From Lama guanicoe (Eukaryota): 41,395 nucleotides of DNA. The stretch spans positions 25,236,433 through 25,277,827 of the forward strand of contig MU054187.1 of NCBI GenBank assembly GCA_013239625.1, in the 5' to 3' direction. The notes beneath the pieces were generated by a model. The model was not told the DNA's origin, searched no databases, and worked only from the letters and a program-made list of their open reading frames with translations. Positions within the stretch are counted from its first letter, which is position 1; every line of letters starts with the position of its first letter. The translations under genes were made by a program, and so were the position numbers. Of the stretch, positions 1-13,098 are shown one piece after another.

Positions 1-3000
1 TGCAATAACTTCTTTATGTTAATTTTGTGTCCTGCTACATTGTTGAATTCTTTTATCAGCTCTAATAGTTTTTGTATGAAGCCTTCAGGGTTTTTTATGT
101 ATAGAATCATGTCATCCACACATATACAATTTTACCTTTTTGCTTCTACTTTGGAACACTTTTATTCATTTTGGGTTTTTTTGGTTTTTGGTTTTTTAGG
201 TCTGATTGCTATTATTAGGACTTTCAATACTATGTTGAATGGAAATGGTGTGAGTGAGCATACTTTTCTTTTTCCTGATTTTAGTGGAAAGACTTTCAAC
301 TCTTAACCACTGAGTATTATGTTGGCTGTGGGTTTGTCATAAATAGCCTTTATTATGTTGAGATATGTCCCCTCTATAACAACTTTGTTAAGAGTGCTTT
401 TATCACAAATCAATGTTGAATTTTATCAAATGCTTCTTCTGTATCTGTTGAGATAATCATGTGATTTCTGTCCTTTCTTTTGTTAATGTGGTGCATCACA
501 TTGATTGACTTGTATATGTTGAACTACCCTTGTATCCAGGAGATGAATCCAACTCAATCATAGTGTATGATCTTCTTTGTGTTGTTGGATTCTGTCTGCT
601 AATATTTTGTTGAGTTTTTGCATCTATTAGCAATATTGGCCTGTAATTTTCTTTTTAATTAGTGTCTTTATCTGGTTTTGATATCAGGATAATGGTGGCT
701 TCATTGAGTGAGTTTAGGAGTGTTCCCTTTATTTCATTCTTTTGGAAGAGTTTGAAAAGGATTGGTAAAAGTTTTTCTTTGTATGTTTGGTAGAATTCCC
801 CAGGAAAACCATCTGGTCCTGGACTTTTGTTTGTAAGGAGGATTTTGTTGTTTTATTCCTGATTCTGTTTCACCCCTAGTGATCAGTCTTTTCAAATTGT
901 GTTTCTTCTTGATTCAGTTTTTGTAGAGTGAATTTATTTCTACAAACATGTCCATTTCTTCTAGATTTTCCAGTTTGTTCCCATATAATTATTCACAATA
1001 TTCTCTTACTTTTTTTTTTTCTTCAGTATTTCTATGGTGTTGGTTGTAATTTTTCCTCTCTGATTTTTTTTTATTTTGTTTATATGTGTCCTTTCGCTTC
1101 TTGGTGTGCCTGGCCAGAGGTATGTCCTTTTTTTTAAAAACTCTTTCAAAAAGTCAGCTTTTGGTTTGATACATATCTTCTATTTTTTAAAATCTCTATT
1201 TTGTTTATTTCCTCCCTGATCTTTATTATTCCTTCCCTCTGCTGACTTCAGGTTTTATTGGTTCTTCTTCTTTTTCCTAATTTTTTTAGGTGGTAGGTTA
1301 GGTTGTTTATCTGACATTGTTCTTGTTTTTTGAGGGAGGCCTGTATTGTTACGAACTTCCTCTTAGGACTGCTTTTAATGTATCCTATAGATTTTGTGTG
1401 GTTGTGTTTTCCTTGTAATTTGTCTCAAGGTATTTTTCAATTTCCTTTTATTTTATTGTTGACCTAATGGTTTTTTAGTAGCATGTCATTTAGTCTCCAT
1501 GTCTTTTTTTTTTTCTTTCTTATTTTTCTTTCTACAGTTGATTTCTAGTTTCATGTCACCGTGGTCAAGAAAGACGCCTGAAATCATTTCTACTCTCTTA
1601 AATTTGTTGAGGCTTCTTTTGTGTCTGAGTATGTCATCTGTCTGAGAGAATGTACCATGTACAGTTGAAAAGAGTGCATATTTTGATTTTTGGAATGTAA
1701 TACACTGAAAATATCAATTGAAACTAACTATTCTGTTGTGTCACTTAGGACCTCTGTTGTTTTATTGATTTTCTGTCTGGAAGATCTGTCCAATGTTATT
1801 GGGCTGTTAAAATTTCCTACTATTATTGTATTCATATCAATTTCTTCCTTTATGGCTGCTAGCATATACTTTATGAATTTAGGTGCTCCTATATTGGGTG
1901 CATATATGTTAACGAGTGTAATATCCTCTTCTTGTATTGATCCTTCATTATTATATAGTGTCATTTATCTTTCTTTATGGCCTTTGTTGTAAAATCCATT
2001 TTGACTGATATATTGCTCCCCCCACTTTCTTGTCATTTCCATTTGCATGAAATATCTTTTCCATTCTCTCATTTTCAATCTACATGTGCCCTTCACCCTA
2101 AAGTTGGTCTCTTGTAGGCAGCATATTGTAGGCTCTTGTTTTATTATTCAATCTGTCAGTCTATCTCTTTTGATTGGAGCATTTAGTTTGACATTTATGG
2201 GAATTGATAGATGTATGTTTATTACCATCATAACCTTTGTTTTCCAGTTGATTTTGTATTTCTTTTCTGTTCCTTTTTCTTTTGGTTATTCCATTTGTAT
2301 TTTAATGATTTTCTTTTGTATTATGCTTGAGTTCTTTTCTTTTTGGTTTCATGTCTCTATTGCATGCTTTTGATAGTCCTTACAGAGTCCAGGTCTGCTC
2401 CACAGTTGTTGGGGTAGAAGCCTACAGATCCATTTCTGAGCTGCTGGGTGAGGTAGGAGGAACTAGTGCACTTCCACTGAAAGGGGCCCACTGAGTATTC
2501 CTCCACAGATGTCCATTGTGAAGTGCCCTCTGTGGTGTGAAGTCACCTGTCACATGTGCAAACTTAACAAAGTTGGCACTGCCCTTGGATGTAGGAATAT
2601 GGGAAGTTTGCCCTGGTGCTCCTTGGACACTGTGCTCACAAAGTCACCAGGGCAGATCCGTTAGTCAGGGATCAAGGTCTTCATAGTTGTGCACTTGGAT
2701 CTACTGTGTGCTACAGGGCCAGCCAAGACCCCAGCCACATCTCCAAGTGTGTGCACCTACTATTAATGCTGGGCCTGCCCCAGCCATTCAGCAACTCTCT
2801 GCACTGACTTCCCACTGGTACCAAGCCCACAAAACACTGGGGGTGCAAATCTGCCCAAGCTACCCAGGACATGGCTCAGACCTCAGCCTCACCTCAACCT
2901 GGGGGCAACCTGCCAACAACTATGCCCTCCCAGAGTTCCCAGAGGCAGAGATGCCCTGGAACAAGAGTAAGTCAAGACAAGTTTGGTTTGACAGAGTCTC

Positions 3001-3658
3001 ACCCCTCCCCTGGCAAGCATGGGTTAACAATGAGGCTTTTATGGTATGACCACCCTGTGCACAAGCTGAGAAGGAGGCTGTTATGGTGCAGTCCCACCCC
3101 TCCCCTCACACTCATCAATGATAGCGGCCTCTATGCAGACCTGGGCCTCCTTCACACATTCCCAGCCCCAGACCATAACCCACTCCAGGCAGTCTCCACT
3201 CCACCAACCCCAGTCTTCTCCCTGGGTCTGTCCTCTGAAGTCCAAGCCTCAGCATCCAGCCTCCACACATCAGCAGGCTCATATCTCAGGCTGGGGAGCA
3301 CAGCCAGGTGCCCCAGATCCTCTGCACTGGTTTCTCCCTGTTCTTTCTCAGAACAGCTACTGTGTTCTCCTCTGAACCTCTGTGGCTCACTTTCTGTCTT
3401 GTCTGGTCTCCCTGTTGGTGAAAGGGCTTCCTAGGTTACGGGAGCATTTTCTCTTTTTCTGCTCCTTCCCTGGGGTACATGTCTCTCATTCTGATTCTTT
3501 ATGTGGAGATTCCTCTTGTAGCCTTGCTAGTATAAGATCTTCTGCCAGAGGTCAGTAGGTATTTTCCAAAAATAATTCCATATATAGGTGTATTTTCATT
3601 GTATTTATGGGAGGAGGTGAGCACCATATCTTTCTCTTCTGCCATCTTGAAGCCCCTC
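1..3658 (-). mobile_element. LINE-1, degenerate, 5' UTR plus ORF2 (EN to RT); ORF1 apparently deleted; runs off window start
   Basis: Minus-strand ORF 1728-1964 reads as the L1 ORF2 endonuclease (EEDITLVNIYAPNIGAPKFIK...TIIVGNFNSPITLDRSSRQKINK). A degenerate RT motif (VDDMILY) lies near 100-125. The reverse complement of 3635-3658 is a typical L1 5' start (GAGGGGCTTCAAGATGGCAG). The inter-ORF-like segment joins the 5' UTR directly at ~2372. Confidence 0.93.
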
Positions 3659-5012
3659 TTGGTAGCACGTGGGTTTCAACATTAGTTTCTTATCCATGTT
3701 TCTACCATGTGAAGGCAGTGTGTTTTCACATCCCACCGATAGACTTGGTGTTCACAGTCCTTCTGGATGTTTATTTTAGCTCAGTGCCGTGACCTTGCAT
3801 CCATCTATGCCCAAGTATTGCTGCTGATGAACAGAGTTAATCTATTCATAATTCATGGACTGGAGCAATTCCTTCTGGTGCCACCATTCAGGGAGTTGAG
3901 TTCCAATTTCCTACCACCTTGTGGGTGTTGGGAGAACAGCAATGAAGCAATGAATGCAGCAATGAAGACCACATAACTTCAGCTGTCTATTCATCTTAAT
4001 GTTTATAAGTTTTTTCTTTGTATCAGATTCCTAATTAGTTCCTGTTCTTTCTTTTTAACTTATCTAAGATACCTTTTTATACATATTTTATCCAGTATCA
4101 CTTTAAGTATAAAGCTGAGAAAGGCAGAGTAGTGGGGTGGTGATATCCACAACTGCTCAGTTCACCATGCTGTCCCATATTTATCAAGTAAAGTCTTAAC
4201 ACTTGAAAGGATGTGTAGTTGCAGTGCTAATTCCATGCACATCCCAACTATAAAGAGTTTATCTCTTTTCTGAATTCTCTTGTACTGTATTAGTTTCTAT
4301 TTCTTTAATCACAAACTTCCTTGAATTCATATGTTTTTACTTATCCATACTTCATATTCTTCCAATCTTTGGTTTTACCTCAAGAGATAGTAACTGAATA
4401 CAAAGGGATTGGGGTTCTGTATGTTGACTGAAGTATCATCTAAGTGTGTGTGTATGTGGGGACATACTTAGGAATACAGTGACTGGCAACCTGAGACACC
4501 TCCACTGTCCTGGTCTACCAAGAGAATGATACAGCAGTGAGAGAAGTATGAGTTGCAAGAGGGTTCTTGGCCATGGCACCTGACAACTCTCTCATCCTCT
4601 CTACTAGCATCTTCCCATTTACTCATTTATTAATCATTTACTAAGCATCTAATATGTGCACAGAGTATGAAACTATGTATTATTGGCCTACACACTGTGC
4701 TATGGGGTGAGGTATTATAATAACATATAGAACAATGATGTTAGAGGTTGTGGGTTGTAGATGACCCATCCATGAGGTGATGACATAGCAAAAGCTCTGG
4801 GGCCACCTATGCCTAAGTACAACCTTACAACCTTGGTTCTTAGATTATGAGTCAAAAGTTTGTGAAATGCTGGCCCTTACCGTTGTAATTGCACCTTACC
4901 CAGAATAAAGTCCACTTTCAATTCAGGATATAGTCTAATGGTGGTAAGTTACCATACATTGTCTAATTTGATTATTATCACAACAGATAAAAGTTATGAT
5001 TCATGGCATTAG

Positions 5013-5190
5013 TCATTCATTCATTCAAAAAATACTAACTGCATTCTTCTGTATACCAGGCACTGTTCTAATCATTGTTCTAGTGTTTGGAATTAAATCA
5101 GACAGGTGAGATTAAGAAAATTGGCCAAAGACCACAGTGTTATCAAACTCTGGAGTCAAATTAAACCTAGACCTAACTACAAAAATCTTA
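5013..5190 (-). mobile_element. Ancient L2 3' end / MIR remnant
   Basis: TCATTCATTCATTCAA...ATACCAGGCACTGTTCTA resembles an L2 3' terminus; GAGATTAAGAAAATTGGCCAAAGACCACAG resembles the MIR core. Confidence 0.6.
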
Positions 5191-5693
5191 GACACTACCT
5201 GGTGTTTCTGCCCAAATGTTGCAAATGAATCTTTGTAATTGTGACATTGTGATTTTTTTCTCCTTTTTTACTGCCTCTAATTTCTAGTCATCTCTTCTCC
5301 TAGGGCTGCTTTCTTGTCATAGAGTTTTTATTCAGGTACTGGTTCAAGTTCTCAAAAGGAATTTTAAATGATGCAATAAAATAAGTCCAGTTAAATTTTA
5401 AGCATGATATTATACATTAAAAAAAATTTCAGATAAACTTAGAATTTGGAATATTTATCACTGAATATTATTTGAAATCTGCTACCCCAGAGACTTTTTA
5501 AAATTTTTTTCCATTCACTTCTTTTTAAAATATCAAAATTTGCACTTTATTTCAGCTCTAAAAAGTTGAACTTCTTTTTGTTCATTTTTCTAGTTGTTTA
5601 CATTGACTTTTGCCTTTCAAGTTAAATCTAGTGTTTGGAATTAAATCAGACAGGTGAGATTAAGAAACCTGGCCAAAGGCCACAGGGTTATCA
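5079..5693 (+). repeat. 67-bp direct repeat pair (5079-5145 and 5627-5693)
   Basis: TCTAGTGTTTGGAATTAAATCAGACAGGTGAGATTAAGAAA..TGGCCAAAG.CCACAG.GTTATCA occurs twice with 4 mismatches. Confidence 0.9.
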
Positions 5694-7299
5694 GAGTCTT
5701 CACAATTTTTCACTGATAGTCTTCTCATTTTTCAAACATGGTTTCTTCTTTATTGTTACTTAGTTTTAAAACTTCTTTCTTCACAGACACTTACCATAAA
5801 TAAAGTTTTGAACATTTTTCTGTTATGAGAGAACCAAGACATGAGACAAACTTTCAAAACTTGTATGACAATAGTTCACAGAAACATCTTACTGTACTGA
5901 AATGGAAAGAAACAAAAGGAAAATAGAAAACATTAAAGAGATTTTGTTTCTGTTTCCAGCTAATGTTGACACATAGTTTAAAGAAAAAAAAATCTTTTTG
6001 CTCATCAGTGTTATGCTGTAAGAACTTCTGACTCTTAACTCTCAGTCCATGTACTGCTGACAGGGCTGGGCTTCTGCTCTAACAGAGCCCATGCCAGCAT
6101 GCCCTCAGTCAAGTAGCCCTCACTCCATTACCTGACATATGGGTAGGGCACTAATTATTGGTTTACCTTTTAGAATGGAAGAGTATCAGTTTTAGTTGTT
6201 TTCACTTACTAATGTCTTGGAGTCATATGTTTATACACTATTGGGGGGATAGTTAAGAGAGGGCACTGACAAGAATGGGAGGAGATCAGACAAGGCAGGT
6301 TGAGACAGTAGAGTGTGGTGATGGATGCAAGGAAAAGCTGTATATTTAGGTAACTTGCAGGACCCATGAAGACCCTGGCTTTTGAAGTCGGGAGTGTGGA
6401 AGAAATGAAAAGGAAAAAAACTGAAGGGAGAGTGGTGCATTGAATAAAAACTTCCAAAAAGATCAATGTGGGAATCTTCAGAGCTGAGATTTGGTGGAAC
6501 AATAAAGATCTGCACATGAGCTGCTGGTGCTGAAGGTTCTGACCTACACTGCTCCATTGGTGCATCACAGCGTCTGGAAGATATATTCATGGCAATGACC
6601 ACCAAGTAGTGGAATTTCCTTTATATGTTGAAAGAAAAATGCATTCATTATCTTAATTCTATACACAAAGCCCTATCTTAGTACCCATGAGGAATTTCAA
6701 CATCTTCTGAGTGTGCCAACTCAGAGGGGAAAATTAAGCACATCGTATTGACTTTGCTGAGACTTAAGATGTAATATACAATGAACAGCAAGATCTTTGA
6801 AGAAAAAATAAAATGTCCATACAAAACATTTCTTTAAAAAAACTGCAAATTGGGCTTTAAATACATTTGCAACAGAAGATTTCACCTGAGTTTCTTCTAG
6901 CCAAGATTGGCAAATGCATCAGCATTCTTTCTCCCCTCTTTCCAAGTAAAAGGCTTTTGGAAATGAAAATAGTACAACTTCTCACTGTCTACAAAGCATG
7001 AAAATTTAGATTCAATATAGTTAGTTGTTTCTTCTAATTTATCTGAGAAATGGAGCTATATTCTTCAGTAATCAATTGACAAAAATGTTTCAATAAGCCA
7101 GTCTCTGGGGTTTTAGGATGTGAGTTTCTGAGTTTCCTTAGTCCAGAAATGCATGATTATTAGTAGTAGTATAAAATAATAATGGTAAATAAAATTATTA
7201 TTTGTGTTAACTTATAGAATGTGTTCCTGCAAATTAAATACTTGGTTGATATTATTCTTATCCACTAATCATACATATTTGGAGGAAAATTGTATGTAA

Positions 7300-7412
7300 C
7301 AATATATTATAAAATTATAAATTATATAATTTATATACATATAATTATGTAATTATATAATCATATATTATAAATTATATATGCATACATATACATCATA
7401 TATAGAGAGAGA
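7300..7412. repeat. AT-rich low-complexity tract ending in (TA)n(GA)n
   Basis: Direct reading: ATTATA-type repeats followed by TATAGAGAGAGAG. Confidence 0.75.
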
Positions 7413-7623
7413 GAAAAAGTAGTCTTTTAACAATCTTCTACCCCATTCAATAAACACTGTAAATATATCTTCCAAAGAAGATAAAGCAAGGTTATTGTAA
7501 CTCTAACTCAAAAGTGTGAACATTCTGCCATCCTGAGGTTATTTACAGTACTACAGCTGTATCATCTTTGGAATTTTTTACAAGTATCCCAAAGTACATG
7601 CACTTAGGAACAAGAATAAATAA

Positions 7624-9695
7624 TGATGGCAGAGCAGGAGGATGTGGAAATCCCCTCCCTTCTCATGAACACATAAAAACCACATCTACATGTGGAACAA
7701 GCCTCACTGAAAAGTAACTGGAAACTGGCAGAAATATTCCCATACAACAAAGGCTGAAGAAAGATCCATATATAATTAATAGGAAGGATAGGAAGGGAAT
7801 ACAAGTGATCCAGTCAATCCCATGCCCCTGAAAGAAGACTTGGAGGAAAAGAAAGATTACACAGGCAGAGACCTGCCCTGGGGAGTGGGTGGCCAGACCA
7901 CAGGTTGGGCACCCTAATCCTGGTGTCCTACACAGTGGAGATGAGCACTTTTGCCTGGTTAGAGGACCACTGGGGCTAACCAAATGACTGAGTAAAGCCT
8001 GGATTCTACTCATGAGAAGTGGGTATGTGCAGGCTTGCCCCCCATGCAGGGCAGAAAGGGCAGTTAGAGGACTGTTCTAGTTTCCCAGGGCTCCCTCAGC
8101 ATGAACCCCAGCCTGACCCAAGCAATTGCTCCAGACCTGCCCACTCCACTTCACAGTATGGGATCTAGGGCTACTAAAACTGAGCAGAAAAGTTGGCTAT
8201 GCAATGCAGAGGTGACGTGGTCCCAGAAAAGAGCCTAGATAAAGCAATGGTGACCGTTGTTGGCACTCAATCAGTCAGCACCTCAGAAGCAGCACAGAAC
8301 TCTGCCAGCAGCTGCTCCATCACAGCTCATGCACTGATATATGCCAGGAATCTATGCAGGATCCATCTGCTCTGCAATGTGGCTCCATAACAGTTGGGGT
8401 GGTGGAAGCTACGGACACTGGTCAGCTGTGAGAGACAAAGGAAACCTTCAGCTGAAGCTGCATCTGAGCAGAGCAGGGGAAACCACTGTGGGTGACTGCA
8501 CAGGGAATGCAATGGAGACAGCTGGGACCTCTATCTGTAGCCAACATGAGCCAAGAGCCTGCATGGGCCACCCTTGCTTAAACACTACCCTGCTATGGGG
8601 CAAGGGTTCAGGTGCTGGGAGTAGGGAAAGTGCACAGTTAAAGGAAACAGAACCATCCTGAGCCCAAACTTCAGGGCTTGTGCTCCAACAACTTGGGATC
8701 AGAGCTCACCCAAATAGGGTGGTGACAGCCCCTTAGCAGAGAAGTCCCACCTCACACTCAGCTCCAGTTCAAGCTACCCCATCTCAAGCCCCACTCCACC
8801 AGCCAGGGTGAAAACTGACAGTACATTCTGAGGAAAGATGTCACTTACGTTCATGTCAAACAAGCTCTTCACCGAAGTCATTTGGTACATTCAGTCTGTA
8901 TAGGAATGCCCCTACATAACAGCATGACTTCGAGACTAAAACAAGCAACTGTTTCACCTAAATTCATAGACACAGAGAAAATTAAGCCAACTGAAAAAGC
9001 AGGAAAACTGTTCTGAATTGAAAAAGCAAAAGAAAATTCTTTAAAAAGTAAATAATAAAACAGAAATAAACAATTTACCAGATAAAGAATTCAAAGCATT
9101 GGTAATAGGAAAGTTAACTGAATTAAGTGAAAGAATAAATGAATACAGTAAAATTTTAACAAGAAAATATAAAAAATACCCAATCAGAAATGAAGAATTC
9201 AATAAATGAAATTTTAAAAAAAACACTAGAAGGAATGAACAACAAAGTGATACAGAAGAACACTAATTTATGACAAACCCACAGCCAAAATAATACCCAA
9301 TGATGATGAGTTGAAAGCCTTCCTGCTAGAATCTGGAAAAAGGACTCCCACTCTCACCACTTCTATTCAACATAGTATTGTCAGCCCTAGCCATAGCAAT
9401 CAGAGAAGAAAAATGAATAAAAAGTTTCCAAATTGGAAGTGAAAAGATAAAATTGTCACTATATGTGAATGACACGATACCATGTACAGAAAACCCTAAA
9501 GGCTTCACGCAAAAACTACTAGAACTGATAAAAGAATTCAACAATGTAGCAGGATACAAGATTAACATAAAGAAATCAGTTACACTTCTTTACACTAATA
9601 CTAAAATATCAGAAAAAGAAAGTTAAAAAACAATCATTTTAAAAATTTCATCCAAAAAATAAAATATTTAGCAATAAACCTGACCAAGGAGGTAT
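7624..9695 (+). mobile_element. LINE-1 with 5' UTR, ORF1 start and an ORF2 RT fragment (large internal deletion, 3' truncated)
   Basis: The start GATGGCAGAGCAGGAGGATGTGGAAATC resembles the 5' UTR start of the first L1. A-rich ORF1 coiled-coil-like sequence at ~8980-9260 jumps at ~9265 to ORF2 RT sequence (ATTTATGACAAACCCACAGCC...; degenerate YADD as LYVNDTI at ~9460). Confidence 0.88.
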
Positions 9696-9820
9696 TATGA
9701 CTCTCGACAAAATAAGAGAATATATACTCAACAAAAACAAACCAATTTCAGTGACGGTGGCTTGGGAAGAACTACTCTTCTTCAGATACAAGGATTATTT
9801 GGTAAGACAACGTTAGCGGA

Positions 9821-10314
9821 TGTGATGGTTTTAAAACATGTCTACAGAGTCTTTGACATTTCTCCCATGAAATTTCCTCCCCTTAAATATATGCTGACCT
9901 CAGTAACTGGTTCTTTGGGGACAGAATATAGGGAAACTGTTGTGTGGTTTCTAAATAGCTTCTGACTTTCACTCTGTAGGGACACTCACCCTTAGAACCT
10001 GGCTGCCATGTTGTGAAGAAGTCCAGGCCACATAGTGAGTCTTCGTGCATGGAGGTGTCCCAGGTGACTGCTCCAGCTAGCATCCCAACCAAAGCCAGCT
10101 CCAACTGTCAGACATGTGCACAAACTAGCCTTTAGAAGATTTTAGTGTCCACCTTCAAGTCATCCTGGCTGATGCCAAATGGAGAAGAAATGAGCTGGCT
10201 CCACTGAGCCTTGCTTATTAAATGCAGATTTGTGAACCAAGCAAATGCTGTTTTGAGCCACCAGATTTTGAGGAGGTTTATTATATAATTTATTAGCAAT
10301 AAATAACTGGCACA
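9821..10314 (+). mobile_element. MaLR (MLT1-family) 5' LTR
   Basis: TG...CA boundaries; MLT1-like motifs GCTGCCATGTTGTGAAGAAGTCCAGGCCACAT and TGTTTTGAGCCACCAGATTTTGAGG...AGCAATAAATAACTGGCACA. Confidence 0.82.
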
Positions 10315-11572
10315 GATATTGATATTAAAAATGTGGTGCAGCCATTAAAAAAGAACTCAAACATGTGGGGATGCCTTTGAACTCAGAGGAATGTGGAACC
10401 TGAACAGATATAGAGAAGAGTAAGAATGAAAACTCAAAGGGCTCTATGAGACTGTTAGTGGAAGCCTGAGAGTCCTTGAAGGGGCTGAGAGTGAAGGCCT
10501 CTAGGCCAGGGAAGAAAATGACACTGAAAGCAGAGGAAATGGGACTCTTTCTACCAAACAGTTGAAAATAAAATTGATGAGATAAGCAAAAAAATAGAAA
10601 GATTATTAAATATAAAGGAACCAGGACTCACTGGGTTCAAACATCTGTATTACATGTACAGCATCTCCACATGTCCAACTGTCAAATAATGGTAAAATAG
10701 AGAAATGGCTTCTGGGCTAAGACCAAACTTAGGGCACTGCCAGGAAAACATGGTCTAAAGATGAAGCCAAGGCTTTGTTAAGACCTTGGAAAGATTTAAG
10801 GTGCTGCCTCAAATTCCTTTAAGGATCTTAAAAGCATAAGAATTTTAAAGACATCATCCCACCACAGCTTCACAGCAAGCCCAAGGTGAAGAGCTTATCT
10901 CAAAAAGGCTGGTGAGCATGGCTTTTCCAATAGCAAAAACTCCAATAAAATTCACAGGAAACTCAAAGTTTTAAAGAGAGCTGTAGTAGCAGAAACACTT
11001 CTTGCTAGCTTGGACTGAAAGAGACCAAGACAGTACAAAATGTGAAGGGGCCTTTGGGTTTTTCTTAGAAGTTATATAAGGAGGAAGCTGGCTTGAGAAA
11101 AATTTTAGTCAGCTGTAAATACAGTATAATTTCTTATGAAAAGGACAGAACAAAGAGCTCAGAGAGGACAGCGAAAGACTCCCACCCATGGTTAGGACTA
11201 AGTCTTAATCAAACAGCTGGCAACAAGCATCAGGCTGTATTTCAGAAATGCTATGGGTCAGTGTGCCTCCCATATTCCGTCTGTGAATGGGAGAGTCTTT
11301 GGCAGTTTAGCAGAATGTTGGGTGTGTGGTGGTAAATAACCTGTCTCCTTAGTCCTCAAGTCTCAGTACTGAGAAGAGTGTCCTCAAGGGGCTGTACTCT
11401 AGAAATCACACACAGGACCCTCATCCTCATCTTTATCTGATAAAGATGGTAAGATCTTGGACTCAAGCCTGAGCCTAACATGACAGCAATGGAGACTTGT
11501 GGAGGAATTGACTAGGGAGAAGTGTATTTTTCATGTGGAAGCAATATAAAAAAGTGTGGCTAGTAAGCAGAT
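10315..11572 (+). mobile_element. MLT1 internal region
   Basis: Directly follows the LTR with an MLT1-int-like start (GATATTGATATTAAAAATGTGGTGCAGCC); length ~1.25 kb; ends GTGTATTTTTCATGTGGAAG...GCAGA just before a second LTR start. Confidence 0.7.
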
Positions 11573-11680
11573 TATGCTGGTTTTTTGATGTATCCATAAG
11601 TTAAAACTAATTCCATAGAAAAGTAGAATATGGGCCAACCTTAAGTGACTTGCTCCTAATGAACAGAATATGGTGAAAGT
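11573..11680 (+). mobile_element. MLT1 3' LTR, first ~110 bp only (truncated)
   Basis: Resembles the start of the 5' LTR (...GTGACTTGCTCCTAATGAACAGAATATGG); the sequence does not resume after the adjacent L1. Confidence 0.6.
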
Positions 11681-12555
11681 ATGAAAAAATGCTCAATATC
11701 ACTAATCATCAGAGAAGTGCAAATCAGAACTACAATGAGGTATCACTTCACACCAGTCAGTATGGCCATCATTCAAAAATCCACAAATGACAAATGCTGG
11801 AGAGGCTGTGGAGAAAGGGGAACCCCCCTACACTGCTGGTGGGAATGCACTTTGGTGCAGCCACTGTGCAAAACAGTTTGGAGATTCCTCAAAAGACTAG
11901 GAATAGACTTACCATATGACCTAATAATCCCACTCCTGGGCATATGTCCAGAAGGAACCCTACTTCAAAAAGACACCTGCATCCCAGTGTTTATAGCAGC
12001 ACTATTTACAACAGACAAGACATGGAAACAGCCTAAATGTCCATCAACAGATGATTGGATAAAGAGGATATGGTGTATTTCTACAATGGAATACCATTCA
12101 GCCATAAAACACGACAACATAACACCATTTGCAGCAATGTGGATGCTCCTCGAGAACGTCATCCTAAATGAACTGAGCCAGAAATAGAAAGAAAAATACT
12201 ATATGAGATCACTCATATGTGGAATCCGGAAAAAAAAAAAAGAACATACATACAAAACAGAAACAGACTCATAGACATAGAATACAAACTTGTGGTTGCC
12301 AAAGGGGAGGAGGGTGGGAAGGGACAGACTGGGAGTTTGAAATTTGTAGATACTGTCAGGCATATGCAGAATAGATAAACAAGATTATACTGTATAGCAC
12401 AGGGGAATATATACAAGATCTTGCCGTAGCTCACAGTGAAAAAGAATGTGACAATGAATATATGTATGTTCATGTATAACTGAAAAATCACGCTCTTCAC
12501 TGGAAATTGACACTGTAAACTGACTATAACTGAATAAAAAATGTTTAAAAATAAA
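11681..12555 (+). mobile_element. LINE-1 3' fragment (ORF2 C-terminus and 3' UTR), relatively young camelid type
   Basis: ORF 11681-12187 is the L1 ORF2 C-terminal domain ([24 protein letters not shown]...[14 protein letters not shown]); the 3' UTR ends in AATAAA and an A-rich tail. Confidence 0.95.
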
Positions 12556-12981
12556 GTGCTCCATTCAGAGCTATGGTTACGTGATCTTTCAGGGACAGAG
12601 TCCAGGTTGGAACCTAAATGTACAGACTGGGAGAGAAAAGGATTTCAAGTACTCTGACCACTTCCTGTTGAATGAAACAGAGAGGCCAAGCCCTCACATT
12701 TCAAAAGTGCCCAGTTGGTGAGAAGATCCACTGCAGGGCAGAAGGGAAGGAACCTCCTTAACAAAGGTCCCAGATGAGAAAACGGCCCAATGACCCCCAC
12801 TCAGCCCAGAGGGCCTTCAGCCTGAATAAGAACATGGGGAACTTGGGCAGAAGTAGGCACCAAGCCTCCCTTCACCTGCGCAAGGTGGAGGCAGCTCTCA
12901 GCACCCCTCCCTCACCACCCACCTGTCCAGTCTTCCTCACTGAATCACAAGGGAACTGAGTGGAAAGGATTTCAGCCCCAT

Positions 12982-13098
12982 GTGTTGGTACCCTGGGTGG
13001 GGCTGGGATGCCCCCTCCATCCAAGTGGAGGGCAAAGATGTTCCCAGAATAGGGTGTGTCTGTAAGTACCCCTTGTTGGTGTTTCCTGGCACCACAAT
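12982..13098 (-). pseudogene. COL12A1: COL12A1-derived pseudo-exon 5 of 5
   Basis: cctccag|IVVPGNTNKGYL/TDTPYSGNIFALHLDGGG... versus IVVPGNTRMVHLERLIPDTLYSVNLVALYSDGEG; frameshifting deletion; donor appears changed from GT to AT. Confidence 0.85.

Noticed and set aside
2616..3434. Overlapping ORFs up to 187 aa
   Set aside because: They are antisense to an L1 5' UTR, have no recognisable domain, and are expected by chance in GC-richer sequence.
6209..6605. Two overlapping minus-strand ORFs (119 and 124 aa)
   Set aside because: No recognisable homology or splice context; possibly an old repeat remnant.
11681..12187. 168-aa ORF as a host gene
   Set aside because: It is the C-terminus of L1 ORF2 in a 5'-truncated element.
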